A stretch of 63,994 nucleotides of DNA, counting the filler, from Fonticula-like sp. SCN 57-25 (Eukaryota): the NCBI GenBank assembly GCA_001724245.1. It is 7 parts of 7 records of this genome, joined end to end, with 100 filler letters (N's around TTAATTAATTAA, not from the genome) between each part and the next. Parts side by side here need not be neighbours in the genome. Positions count along the whole stretch, not along the records: positions 45,726 to 55,409 come from MEDX01000278.1; positions 55,510 to 63,994 come from MEDX01000301.1; 5 more parts are not named here. One strand, 5' to 3'. A program made the position numbers and the translations under genes. Below the pieces are notes generated by a model. The model did no database searches. It was given only the letters and a program-made list of their open reading frames with translations, and was not told the origin of the DNA. The first letter of the stretch is position 1; every line of letters starts with the position of its first letter. Of this stretch, positions 46,118-57,772 are shown one piece after another.

Positions 46118-48271
46118 TCACGTTTCTTCTTCTTCCTCCTCTTCATGTACGACTCTCCTTCTCCTTCTCTTTGGCGCCGCCTCCCCCCCAACCTGCCTCC
46201 TCCCCCTATCCACCGTATACCTAAACAGCGCCGAGTCGGGCCCCGCGCCGTACACCGCCGCCGCCGACCCCCCCACGAGCAGCACCGCGTGCGCGCTCGC
46301 CAGCACGCGCGTCGGCCCGAGCACCTGGCACTGCCCCGCAAGTACCGGCGGCCTTCCAATGTCGTCCCACGCGGCCGCCCAGAATGCGACGCGGCCGTCC
46401 CACCCGCACGTGACCCAGTGCTCGCCGGTCGCGAGCAGCGCAATGTCGGACACGAACGAGCGGTGGAATGCCGCGAAAGAGCGCAGTTCTGCTGAGCCGG
46501 ATGGGGAGCGGCGAATGGCGCGAATGCGGTCGTCTTCGCCGCCGACGGCAAGGTAAGAAGCGCAAAAGCGGCCGCAGAGGACGCGTCCATAAGGAATGTC
46601 ATGGGAAAGGGAAAGGTCGTAGGGGGAAGAAAGGGAATATACACGGACTTGGCCGCCGTCGCCGCCAACAAACACGCTCCTATCGTGACGTCAGTGACAT
46701 AAAATAAAGTTAAATTGTACGTACGCGTCGTCGAGTGACACGGCGAGAGATGTGACGGCAAAGTCTACTTTTGGAAGCGATTCTTCTGCGGCGTCGCCGA
46801 CAAGGCGCGCGTAAACAATGCGCCCATCCGCGCCCGCCACAACAATTCCCGCGGCCGTGTGCGTCCACGCGACACTACATGCATTCAGCAAAACGTGTGA
46901 AAAAACCGTGTTGCGTACTGCCTTGGCGAAGCAACGGCGATGGTTTTTAATAGTGAAGCGTCGCGCAGTGAGTCAATGCGCCACACTGTGACGGCGTCGG
47001 AAGATATAACAGCAAGCAGTGACCGCGCTGGGTCGGCCGACAGCAACAGCGGCGCATTCTCGAGCGAAATCTAAAGCGAGTCAGACGCGGCAAAGATAAT
47101 ACTCTTCGTACACTGATTGGCTGCGGCACATTCGTAGGCATTTCTACTTTTGTGAGTCGCGTCGCGGACGCCGCGTCGGAAGCTGTGACGAGCGGGCGCG
47201 CAGCGATGGCGCCCTCTGCAGTCGCCTGGACGATATACGATGTCTTTTTCGGCCCGACGGCGACGACGGCGGCATTGGCGGCGCCGCGGGTGACGGGCTC
47301 AAGCTGCAGTAGCCTTAATTGAAGCAGCATGGCGCGCTCGGCCTGCTTGCGCTCGTGCACCGTGCGGCGGCGGTGCGACGATAGCGCATGCCCGCACGAC
47401 AGGCACGGCAGAAGGGCGACGGCATCGCGCGTCTCAGTGGCGCTCAGACCTTTGAAGCGGGGGAGGATGGCCGCGCGGTCCTGCCGAAAAGCGGTGCACT
47501 CGCACATGTCGCCGGGCGCGTCGTCGTCGACCGCGTCGCCGTCCGTCGCTGCCACCGCTGGTGCAGAGATGGGAAGCACGACGGGGCGGCGGTCGGCAGG
47601 GCAAACTTCGTCGTCGTCGGGGTCGCGCACGGGGCGCAGCACAGCGGGGGCGACCGCCGCATCAGCGCCGTCAGAGACAGCTAAAGAGGCGCTGGCCGCG
47701 CAGGGGAGCTGCTCGGCCTCGAGCAGGCGCGCGGCGACGGCCGATTCGCCCTTGGAGAGGTCGCGGTGGTGCGCGATCGAGTGCGAGCAAGTCTCGCAGA
47801 GGAGATCGCCGTGGAGGCGCGAGCCAAAGCGCGCGCGAAAGCCGCTACAAAGACAGTCAGGCGACTGGCAGTGCCGCCGCGACGACTCGGATATGCGTGC
47901 ACGCGCGCTGCGATCCACCGCGGTGAGCGGGCGGTGATCACGCTCCTGATGCCGGCACGCCGGGCACGCGCCAAAGAGGTTGGGGCGATCATAGTCAAAT
48001 GCTTCGCAGTCGCAGTCGGCGGTCGTGCACGCGGCGCCGTTCTCGCGCGCGTTCCGGCGAAGCTCGGCGGCGTCCTCCGCCGACAAAAGATCGTGGCAAA
48101 AGGATTCGTGCGAGCAGCCGGCGCATACCTGGCGATTACCATCGGACGCCGCAAACGATGCGCACTCGCACGTCGCGACAACGCACCGCTCCGCCTAGAC
48201 ACGCATTAGCTGGCGCTGCAGAGGCGACCGAGGCGTACCTTGGCCGACCCGCGAAGCACAAACTTGTCCAT
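46118..48271 (-). CDS. Protein with four N-terminal Cys/His repeats and C-terminal WD40 repeats, multi-exon
   Basis: C-x4-C-x-C-x2-F..C-x2-C-x-H-x4-H repeated four times; WD-like LAVGGEDDRIR and HRSFVSDI..WVTCGWDGRVAFW. Confidence 0.7.
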
Positions 48272-48298
48272 CGCGGCGCGGTGGGCGCAGTTTGAAAA

Positions 48299-49212
48299 AT
48301 GGCGGGAAACTGGGGATGGCGCGGGGCAGCGGTATGGATGGCCGTGTCGAGCGTCTTTGTCTATGTAATGAGCGGGATAGTGTCGTGGCTGCACGCCGGC
48401 GAGTATGCGCTGTGGCTGCAGCTGTTGCTCGTCTTAATAACGCTGGTGTGCGTCCTGGGCGTTTTGCCTTCATCGATCCTCTACCATGACTATACACTGC
48501 GCCTTCGTCGTCTCCTTTCGCGCGTCAGCAGCGCCTTCATCGAAAAAGTACGCCCTGTTTTCTATAGCACTCTGCTCACCACTGTACGTACTTGCCAGGG
48601 AAATTCGCGCACGTGGTGGGTACCGGTCCTCGTCGTGTGTGTGCTCATCGGCGCTCCTTATCTGATGGGCGCGCGTCGGGCGGACGGCGCAATCCCGTTG
48701 CCATCCGAGAGGTGCGCCCGGTCACTCTTTCTTTGCTGAATATTGACGTGCGTGTAGCTTGGGCGACTGGGGACTTTCGTGTCGCCGCCTGCCGTTCCTC
48801 GCGAAGCACAGAAACTCGCGGCCCGGCTTTGAGGCGTCCTTCAAGGTACTCTCTCCCTGATCACTGTTAGATGTCTCATGCGTGCTAGCCATTCGTGTGC
48901 GTGGCGCTAAACTACGCGACCGCCGATATTGTGACGGACGACGTGTCGAGCGCTCTGCTGGCGCGCCGCGAGCACTTACCCTCCGCGGCCGATCTACACG
49001 CCTTGGCGGCCCAAATGAGCGGCGCCGCTTTTGTGAGCGTCGACTCTGCGTCGCTGCTGCCGCTCGCCCAGTCGCTCTTTCCGTCGGGCGAGACGCGCAT
49101 CGCCGTTGCCACCCGCCATGACGGTCTGCTTGAGGCCGCGTGGCGCGCTTTCGAGGGTCGGCTGCGGTCGCAAGATCTCGGCGCGGCAGGGTCGTGGGTC
49201 GCAGCTTCATAG
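48299..49212 (+). CDS. Hypothetical membrane protein, multi-exon
   Basis: About three hydrophobic helices, GT-AG introns, coding-like composition; no family recognised. Confidence 0.5.
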
Positions 49213-49587
49213 CCGAGTCCTTTTTCGTACCTTTTTCGTGTATCCTACTACGTTCATTCTAGACGCTATTTGCTGTGTACATGGTCCCCATAAAGTACGG
49301 CGGCCGAATAACAATTTATATACGCTTTATCAAATGCTGCACCTTTGATAATATATTATCATACGTCATACGCCATTTTGGACTCTAAATGTATCAAAAA
49401 TAATACAATGTCTCTTTCTCGCTACTATATCCATACCACAGTGTAGTATACATAGGCATATTGTATGGCATATATCAGTTATACCATTGCAATTATGATA
49501 TCACAATGGCGTCTAAAGGCGTCTAACCAGTTTTCTTTCGGTGTGTCATCATAACAGGGTCCGAATCGCGTGCGGGACGACCCTTGA

Positions 49588-50625
49588 ATGGCCACAGTCT
49601 CTGTCAAGTGGCAGCGTCTGCTGGTCTTCCCCGCGCTTATATTTGTGCAGTGCTTGTTTGGCGGCAACTCTGTTGTTTCAAAGGTTGCCCTGAATGATGG
49701 CGTCGATCCCGTCGTCTTTGGCCTGCTGCGCGATTGCGTCGCCTCGCCGATCCTGATGACGGCGGCCATTCTGATCGAGGGCCGCCCGCGCCTGAATCGC
49801 GAGGATCATTTCCTTGTTGCCGTGCTCGGCCTTCTCCTGTACGGCAACCAGCTTTTCTACATTCTCGGCGTGCACTACACGACGTCCGTGACGGCATCCC
49901 TCTTCCAGCCGTCGATCCCCGTGTTCACGGCCCTGTTTGCGCTCGTCTTTGGCATCGAAGTGCTCGCCTACCGCAAGCTGGACGGCTGGCTCAAAGTGAG
50001 CGGCATCACCATTTCCGTGACTGGCGCCATTCTCGCCAACGTGCTCAAGGAGCCGTCGTCCGATGAGGCGAGCAACATTGCGCTCGGCGCCAGCTGCCTC
50101 GTCCTCAACTGCGTCTCCTTTGCCTTTTACAGCCTCCTGAGCAAATCTGTCGTGTCGCGGTACCCCCCCGTCCGCGTCGCCGCGTGGGCGTACGTCGGAT
50201 GTACCGTCTTTATGCTTCTCTCCACGATCGGCAACACGGACTCGCCCGATCGCTGGCAGCTCCCCGCCAGCGCATACTGGGCGCTCGCCTACACGGGCAT
50301 CCTCTGCTCGGCCGTCTCCTACGCCATCATCTCGTGGGCAACAAAGCTCACCGCGCCGTCCGTCGTGACCTCTTTCTGGCCCGTTCAGGTCTTTGCGAGC
50401 GCGTTTTTGTCATCGATCTTTCTCGACTACCAGCTCGTCGCGGCCGACATTATCGGCGCAGCGCTCATCTCGGGCGGCCTGATCCTCGTGATCATTTCAA
50501 AGGTGCTCGAGGACAGGCGCGTGCGCATAGAGGCGGCAGCGCAGCCGTACGTTCCCGTCGACGGCGCCATCAACAGCCCCATCGACGGCAGCGAGGACGA
50601 CCTCTTGGTCGACAAGAGCGCCTAG
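49588..50625 (+). CDS. EamA/DMT-family transporter (WAT1/MtN21-like)
   Basis: About 10 TM helices; VSKVALNDGVDPVVFGLLR, NQLFYILG, PSIPVFT; dileucine-like EDDLLV tail. Confidence 0.9.
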   Translation: MATVSVKWQRLLVFPALIFVQCLFGGNSVVSKVALNDGVDPVVFGLLRDCVASPILMTAAILIEGRPRLNREDHFLVAVLGLLLYGNQLFYILGVHYTTSVTASLFQPSIPVFTALFALVFGIEVLAYRKLDGWLKVSGITISVTGAILANVLKEPSSDEASNIALGASCLVLNCVSFAFYSLLSKSVVSRYPPVRVAAWAYVGCTVFMLLSTIGNTDSPDRWQLPASAYWALAYTGILCSAVSYAIISWATKLTAPSVVTSFWPVQVFASAFLSSIFLDYQLVAADIIGAALISGGLILVIISKVLEDRRVRIEAAAQPYVPVDGAINSPIDGSEDDLLVDKSA

Positions 50626-50890
50626 ATTGCGCGCCGCATGCGGCCCGCTTGACCAAGTGGCGTATCGACAATTTTCAATGTATTTGTGACACCAGTTTGT
50701 AGCAATTTCGTTTAAATAATATATTATCAAATGTCCTTTTGTGGCATATTTTGCACTTTATTGACCAGTTTGAAATGCGCTTGTCAGTTTGGTACTCAAT
50801 GGAAATTCCATTTATGCCATCGACATTTTTTCATGAAATGACCAGTATATTGAATGATATGAAAAATGTTGACTTCATCTAAAAATGCAG

Positions 50891-53018
50891 CTACACGCCA
50901 ATTGGCTCCGTCTCCTTCAAGAGCCACTCGAGCGCGCGCCCCTTGACCCTCGGCGCGACGACCTCCCTGCACCGCGCATGATACGCGTTGATCCACTCGA
51001 CCTCGCCCGCCGTCAGCAAACTCTGGTCAACCAGCTTTGTCTGAATCGGCACAACAGTGAGCGGCTCAAAGCACAAAAAGCCGCTCTGCTCCTCCTTTTG
51101 CTGCTCACTAAATACCGCGTGCTTTACAATGACGACATTTTCAATGCGAATCCCGAACGCGCCCGACTCGTAATACCCCGGCTCGTTCGTCACTGTCATG
51201 CCCGCCTGCAGCGCCGTCTCATTCAGCACGATGCGCGTGCCAATGCCATGCGGCCCCTCGTGCACATTCAAAAAGGCCCCGACGCCGTGGCCAGTGCCGT
51301 GCCGGTAGTCTTTTCCTTCCCGCCACAGCGGCCGGCGCGTGACGGCGTCCAGCTGGTAGCCGGTCGTGCCGGCGGGAAAGACGGTCGAGTCGAGCGCGAT
51401 GTGGCCCTGGAGGACGCGCGTGAAGCAGCGGCGCTCGTAGGCGGTCGGCTCGCCAAAGTGGAGCGTGCGGGTGACGTCGGTCGTGCCGCCAATGTACTGG
51501 CCGCCAGAGTCGCACAGGAAGAGGTGCGAGCGGGTGACGGGGCGGTTCGTGGCGGGGGAGGCGCGGTAGTGGACAATGGCGCCGTTGGGGCCAGAGGCGC
51601 TGATCGTGTCAAACGACGGGCCAACAAAATCCTGAAGAAGGCGTGAGAAGGGGAAAAGGAGGGAAAAGGACAGGAAAAAGACGGAAATTGACACAAAAGG
51701 GCGCAAATTGACAAGAAAAGTACCAAAAAGACCCTCACAATGCCCAACATAAACAACGTTCATTAAACATACCGCTTGCTCTGCGCGCAGGGCGTCGACC
51801 TTGTCGCCGCAAATGATTTCATCGAGCTCTGCTCCTTCGCTGAGCTGGTCTTCCACCCACGCAAAGAACGTGCACAGCGCCGCCGCGTCCCTTACGTGCA
51901 TCTCGCGCATGCACGCGAGCTCTGTTTCGCTCTTGACCGCCTTTGCAAGCGTGACCGGCGACGGCCCCACCTCGCGCGCCTCCTTTTCAAACATGCGCGC
52001 GAGCGCCCAGTTGCACGTCTTTGGCAGCATGACGCGCGTCTTTCCCTTCTCGGCCTGCTTGTTGAGCTCGTCGGCGAGTGCGCGCATGTCGTCCCAGACG
52101 CGGGCGTAAGGGCGGACCTGCACGGCGCCGTCGAGGTGCGCCTCCAGCTCGGCCTGCTCGGCATTGTCCGTGTAGAGCACCGCGCGGTCAAGGCCGACGT
52201 ACGCGTACGCGAAAAAGACGGGGTTGAATTCAATGTCGGAGCCGCGCAGGTTGAGCAGCCACGCAACGTCGTCGAGGGCGGTCGCGAGGAAGCCGCCAGA
52301 GGCGCCGCCGGTGATCAGCTTGTCGCGAAGCTGCGCCAGCTTGCCCTGCACCGAAACACCCGTCACGCTCTCGGGGAGGAGGCGAAGGGGGTGACGCGGG
52401 CGAGCCGGCTGCGAGCCGGACCACACAAGATCAATAAGGTTGTCTTCCACGGCGACGAGCGAGATCCCGGCAGGCTGAAGCGACTTTGAGAGCTGCTCGG
52501 CGTACGAGACGGACACGAGCTTGGGGTCGACGCCGACCGAGGCGCCGCGCGGGAGAATGTCCGAGAGCCAGACTTCGCTCGTGGGGACGTCGGGGGATCC
52601 CTGCTTCATCAGCGTCCAGTGCTCGTCAAGCTCGCCTAAAGATGTGTCAGAGATTCCGAGCTGGTAGGTTAACATGGAAAGGCGTACTCGCTGCCTGCAG
52701 CCAGTAGCGGCCGTCCGTCCAGACGGTCGCGTGCTCGCGCTCACCGGCCGCCTCGCCGGCGGTCACGATGGCAAAGCCCGCCGACCCGCTAAAGCCCGAG
52801 ATGAAGGCGCGACGCTTGTCGCACGGAGCAAGATACTCGCTAAAATGCGCGTCCTCGGACGGCACAATGTAGGCTTGGAGAGAGCGCTTGCGCATTTCGC
52901 CGCGGAGGCTCGCGACGAGCGCGCCGGTAGGAACGGGCATCCTTGGCACCACTGACAGGAACCGCGCTGCCGCACGTACCTGCGACCCGCCGATGACACC
53001 GAACCTAAACAATGACAT
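50891..53018 (-). CDS. XPNPEP1: Xaa-Pro aminopeptidase 1 (M24B), multi-exon
   Basis: [71 protein letters not shown]. Confidence 0.96.
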
Positions 53019-53451
53019 TCAAATTAAGGGTGGACTCCACCCCCAATACTCAATCATATGAGCCGTGGTAGATATCAGGTCGATATCAGGATGAAGTTTT
53101 TAAAAAATTGGAAAGGGATCTGAGAGATCACTTTGCGTTCGCCCTTCTAACGGCATTTCGGTGCCTGGGAGCCTTGTTTGACCGCGATGCCGCCCGTTCA
53201 GAGCGCCCGCGATGTACCGTCATCCGATTCGCGGCCTCGTGGACGGCCACGCTTTTCCACTCGATGTTGTTGCCCGGAGCGATTCTATTGCGCGAGCGCG
53301 CAGCCTTGGGCGCCTAGCGCGTTTGGCTGACGCAAGTGCTGTAAGACCTTCTGTACCCGTGTCCGCGTGGAGTTATCCGCAGATCCTTGCGCGTCGTCAA
53401 GAGGAGATCAACGTCGCTTAAGGGCCCGATTTTGCGGGTACTGTCGGCGGA

Positions 53452-54337
53452 GTGGATGGCCTTTCGGCCCGCCGGTTGGCCTGTTACCGTGCCGAGTTTC
53501 GTTTTTGCTTTCAGCATGACGATTTTCGCGATCTTCAAATGGAGGTGCTTATCGAGAGCGGTGTTCGAAAAAAGGACGTTGTTGCCATGACAGTTGGCAC
53601 CCTTACCGTCGCAAACGCCGCCCCGCGGCAGCCAGCTTTTTAAAAACGAGAACAACTTGGGGGTTATAAACTAGCTTTTCGGCAGACACAAGGACTACCT
53701 TGACCGCCTCGGGGGCCAACCAAAGGCGCCTCATACCTGCGTCAATCTCCGAGTGCTTCATCTGGCCGTGGGGCGCAATCGTCCTGATGTGGCGAGACTC
53801 CAGGTTTCGCAAAAGGTCGTCAATGAGCGCGATAAGCGGCAAAACCACGACGGCAAGGGTGCCTACCGTCATGGCTGGGATCGCAAAGAGTACTGATTTT
53901 CCGCCGCCGGTGCGCCAAACAGCAACAGCGTCCTTCTCGTTCTTGAAGCTCGCTGGGGTTTGCGCTTTGTAGTAGACGAGGCAAACTGCGTGCGGGAATG
54001 GGGCGACTTTCGCCTCGCCTACTCCCGCCTCTCTATCACAAAGAAGGAGTTTCCAGTCGGCTCCTCTGGTCATTCGTGGCGACACGGATCGCCCCGAACT
54101 GGCGTACCGCGCCGATCCCAGACGTGCAGCCTACATGACCAAAAGCGCTTCCGAAGTTCCGAGCTTATGGAGCTTATTTCGAGCAGGTACCGCGAGCAGT
54201 CGGGGATCGTCTACGTCGTGTCGCCATCCGCGGCCGAGCGCGTCGCGGCGGTCCTCATTAAAGGTGGCATTCGAGCTGCCCCATACCACGGGCGCTTGTC
54301 CCACCATGAGCATAGTCGCGTGCTTAGAGGTGGATGA
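53452..54337. pseudogene. Rearranged RecQ-family helicase remnant with an internal segment on the opposite strand
   Basis: + strand motif 0 (FQHDDFRDLQMEV..KDVV); - strand motif I/Ia (RTGGGKS, VVVLPLIALIDD, VSAEKL); + strand motif II (VVDEANCVREWGDFR) and IV (SGIVY..YHGRL); stop at 54337. Confidence 0.8.
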
Positions 54338-54672
54338 CAAAGCGGCACTCAAGCAGGTTGATACCCATTCCGAAGGCGCTTGTCCCGACAACAACGTGCA
54401 ATTCGCGCGCCACCCAAGCTTCAAGCACCCTCGTCGCTCACAGCACTCAAGCGTGTCTGCGGCCAGGTATTCAATGAACGAGTCTGGTTTTCTTTGACCA
54501 TGTGCGACCAATCGGCTACATAAAGGTTCATTTTTTGGCATTGTATTTCTTTGTATTGTTATGATTTATTATACTTCTTTTCAACTACGAAAATTCGGCG
54601 CGCGTGTTTGCCGCAGAGGGGAATTGTCAAAAAACACAACGCCGGTAAGGCTCGCATCAAACAAACTAATAA

Positions 54673-55341
54673 TCAATTTAGATACGTCTTAGATACGTCC
54701 ACATCATGTTGACTAGGGCGGATGCACAACTGGCCGCGATGGCACTCATCGCCTGCATCATCAATAGTCAATTCGACAGCCCATCTATGTTGAGCAGGAA
54801 CATCAAGTCGCAAAGAATCGCCTGTAGAACCAACTTGTAAAGCTTGTTGAAGAGGACGCCAATCTTGTGCGATGCCTTCTCCCTCGCCGGTACCGCAATC
54901 TTCAAGCAATTCGTCAGCATCAACCTCCTCGTCAGAAATCTCACAATCTTCATCGTCAACATCCCTTCTCGCAGCTGAACTTGCATTTGAGTCAGTTAGC
55001 CGAACAGGTTTGATCTCGGAAAGGTTGTAGTGTCCTGAGCTAGCCAAAAAAGAAAATGTCCATTCTTCAGAATCAACCTGCCTCGTCAGCCTGCGAGCAG
55101 AGTAGCGCAATGACTCAAAATTAATTGGAGACTCGATGTGATCGTTGGCCTTCACATAGTAGTCGAAACCTATGGCAAACGCTTCTGCGACATTTGCCTG
55201 CTCCTTGTCGTCGTGGTAAAAGGACCTGGGAAACTCCGCCTTGTTGCGAGATGCAAAAACGATCGCTTGGAAAGCAGGCCAACTCAAAACCTTGCGGCCA
55301 GTGTGGTTCATAGTCATAAGGGCTTCATCAACATCAAACAC
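54673..55341 (-). CDS. Hypothetical protein, lower GC than neighbours, probably 5' truncated
   Basis: 222-aa open frame with an acidic stretch; no family recognised. Confidence 0.4.
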   Translation of the reverse strand: MFDVDEALMTMNHTGRKVLSWPAFQAIVFASRNKAEFPRSFYHDDKEQANVAEAFAIGFDYYVKANDHIESPINFESLRYSARRLTRQVDSEEWTFSFLASSGHYNLSEIKPVRLTDSNASSAARRDVDDEDCEISDEEVDADELLEDCGTGEGEGIAQDWRPLQQALQVGSTGDSLRLDVPAQHRWAVELTIDDAGDECHRGQLCIRPSQHDVDVSKTYLN

Positions 55342-55409
55342 GAGAACACATGCGGCGCCTATAGGAAAGCCGATATCGTGAGCAAAATTGCGCCGTTGCG
55401 CATGCGCTG

Positions 55410-55509
55410 NNNNNNNNNNNNNNNNNNNNNNNNNNNNNNNNNNNNNNNNNNNNTTAATTAATTAANNNNNNNNNNNNNNNNNNNNNNNNNNNNNNNNNNN
55501 NNNNNNNNN
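55410..55509. other. Artificial contig spacer
   Basis: N44-TTAATTAATTAA-N44. Confidence 0.98.
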
Positions 55510-57623
55510 TCGCCCTCGTCCGTCTGCAGGCGCAGCGTCGCCGTCGCGAAATCAATCGTCGCATTCCACCCCGTCTGCACTGTGAGCCCCTTGTCGGCAA
55601 ACGACTCGAGCATCCTACGAATAACGAGCGGCGCCTCGAGCACGAGGAAACCATTATTGAGCGCGTTCCGCTTGTACGTCTCTGACGCGCTACCCACGAG
55701 GATAAGCTGCACACCCGCATGCATGAGCGCCGTCGCAGCCTGCTCGCGCGACGACCCCGTGCCAAAGTTGAAGCCGCCGACGAGAATGTCGCCGCGCTGC
55801 ACGATGCTTGTAAATTGCGGGTCATAGTTCTCCATTACGACCTTTGCCATCTCGGCGGGCGTCATGTTGTCCTGGTACGTGTACTTGCCCGGGTAGATGC
55901 CGTCCGTGTTGAGGTTGTCCTGCGGGCAAAAGACGACGCGGCCGGTGATGGTGCGCGGGAAGCCGTCCACGAGCGACACCGAAGTGCTGCCGCGCGGCGG
56001 CTGAGGCGGAACAATGACGGAGCCGACGGGCGTCGGGCTGTGCGACTCGGTGATCGGGCCGCAGATGAAGCCAGCGGCGGCCGACGCGGCCACCACGGCG
56101 GGCGAGGCGAGGTACGCAGACGCCTTGGGCGAGCCCATGCGGCCCTTAAAGTTGCGGTTCGTCGCCGAAATGCCGACCTCGCCGTCAGCAAGCAGGCCCG
56201 TTCCGAGGCCGACGCAGGGCCCGCAGCCGGCGGGAAGCGGCTTGGCGCCGGCATCGAGAAGCACCTGCCAGTCGCCGCTCGCCTCGGCTTCCTCAAGCAC
56301 TTCTGCCGACGCCGGTGCAATGTAAAACGACACGCCGTCCGCCACCTTTCTCCCGCGCAGAACGGCCGCCGCCTCGGCAATGTCCGACAACCGGCTGTTG
56401 ACGCACGACACAAGGTACGCCTATGAAGAAAGGGTTCGTAAGCACTCAGACAAGGATAAAATAGAAAGACGCACCTTTTGGATGGCGAGCTTGCTTTCCT
56501 CGAGCTGGCTGACGCACTGCGTGACGTTGACGTGGTTTGGCCCCGCGACCTGCGGGCGCACCGTCGCGAGGTCGAGGCTGAGCACCTTTCCGTAGCACGC
56601 GTCCTTGTCGGCCTCGAGGAACGACGCCTCGAGCTCGGCGATGCGCTCCTCGTTCAGGCGCGGGTTGACGCCGAGCTCGGCGGCGTCGCCGTCGGACGGG
56701 ACCTTTGCCGACCCGCGCGCACGCAGACGCGCCGCGCGCGCCTTGAGCCAATCTATCGTGACGCCGTCCACGGGAAAGACGCCCGCGAGCGTGCCCCACT
56801 CGGTCGTCATGTTGGCAATTGAAAGACGGTCGTCGACAGAGAGGTGCGCCACGCCGTCGCCGCCAAACTCGACGCAGTAGTTGAGCACCTCGTCGTTGCC
56901 AAAGAGGCCGCAGAGCGCAATGATAATGTCCTTGCCGGTGACGCCGGGCGAAGGCTTGTTGTACAGCAGCACGTGGGCGACGCGGGGAACCTGCCACCAG
57001 GTCTGGCCGGTCGCCCAGATGGCGGCGGCGTCCGTGCGAACGACGGGCGTGCCGAGGCAGCCGATGCCGCCGTACATGTTGGAGTGCGAATCGCTCGCTA
57101 CGGTGAGCGTCTGCGGGAATGCATAGCCTTCTTCAACAAGAACTTGATGCCCGATGCCGCGGCCGGGGGGGTAAAAGTCGACGCGATGCCGAGAGGCAAA
57201 ATCGGCTATGCTGCGGTACTTGCTCAGATTCTGTGCAAAAGGTGAGACGGAGGGAAATGAGCAAGGGGCCAAAAAAAAAGTACCTTTTCAGATGTGTTTT
57301 GGACATCATGGTCGATGGTAAAAACCGCTTGTCTTGACGACGCAAACTCGGTGGCGCCGATCGCCGCAAACTTGCTCATGACAGCGCCGGTATTGTCGTG
57401 CGTCATCACATGCTGCGGCCGGATGTACAGAAAATCCCCGGACCGCACTTGGTGCCCCGGAGCCAACCCCACAGCATACCGCTGGACGATCTTTTCCACT
57501 AGACTTTGACCACTCGCAATCTAATACCAACATCGTGATCAGTACACTTATTTAAAAAATATGCGGTGATCCGCATCGCGAGCGTACCACCGAGGTGGCA
57601 TTCGACCGCCTCCAGCGCAACAT
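55510..57623 (-). CDS. LYS4: Homoaconitase (alpha-aminoadipate lysine pathway), multi-exon, 3' truncated
   Basis: MTHDNT, DHDVQN, GRGIGHQ, ASDSHSNMYGG.GCLGTPVVRTDAA.IWATGQTWWQVP, SCVNSR, GCGPCVGLG, DNLNTDGIYPGKYTYQD. Confidence 0.96.
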
Positions 57624-57772
57624 GGCAGGCTACTGTTTTCACGCGTCGAACCTCGACCAGGCCAGCAAGCGAAGCTGAAAAGCCGCCGGTTTTGCATGCC
57701 AGTTTGCAATCAGATCTTGAGATTTAGATAAGATAAGCGCAGGATGATGAGACGAGGGGCCGAGAGGGGCGC

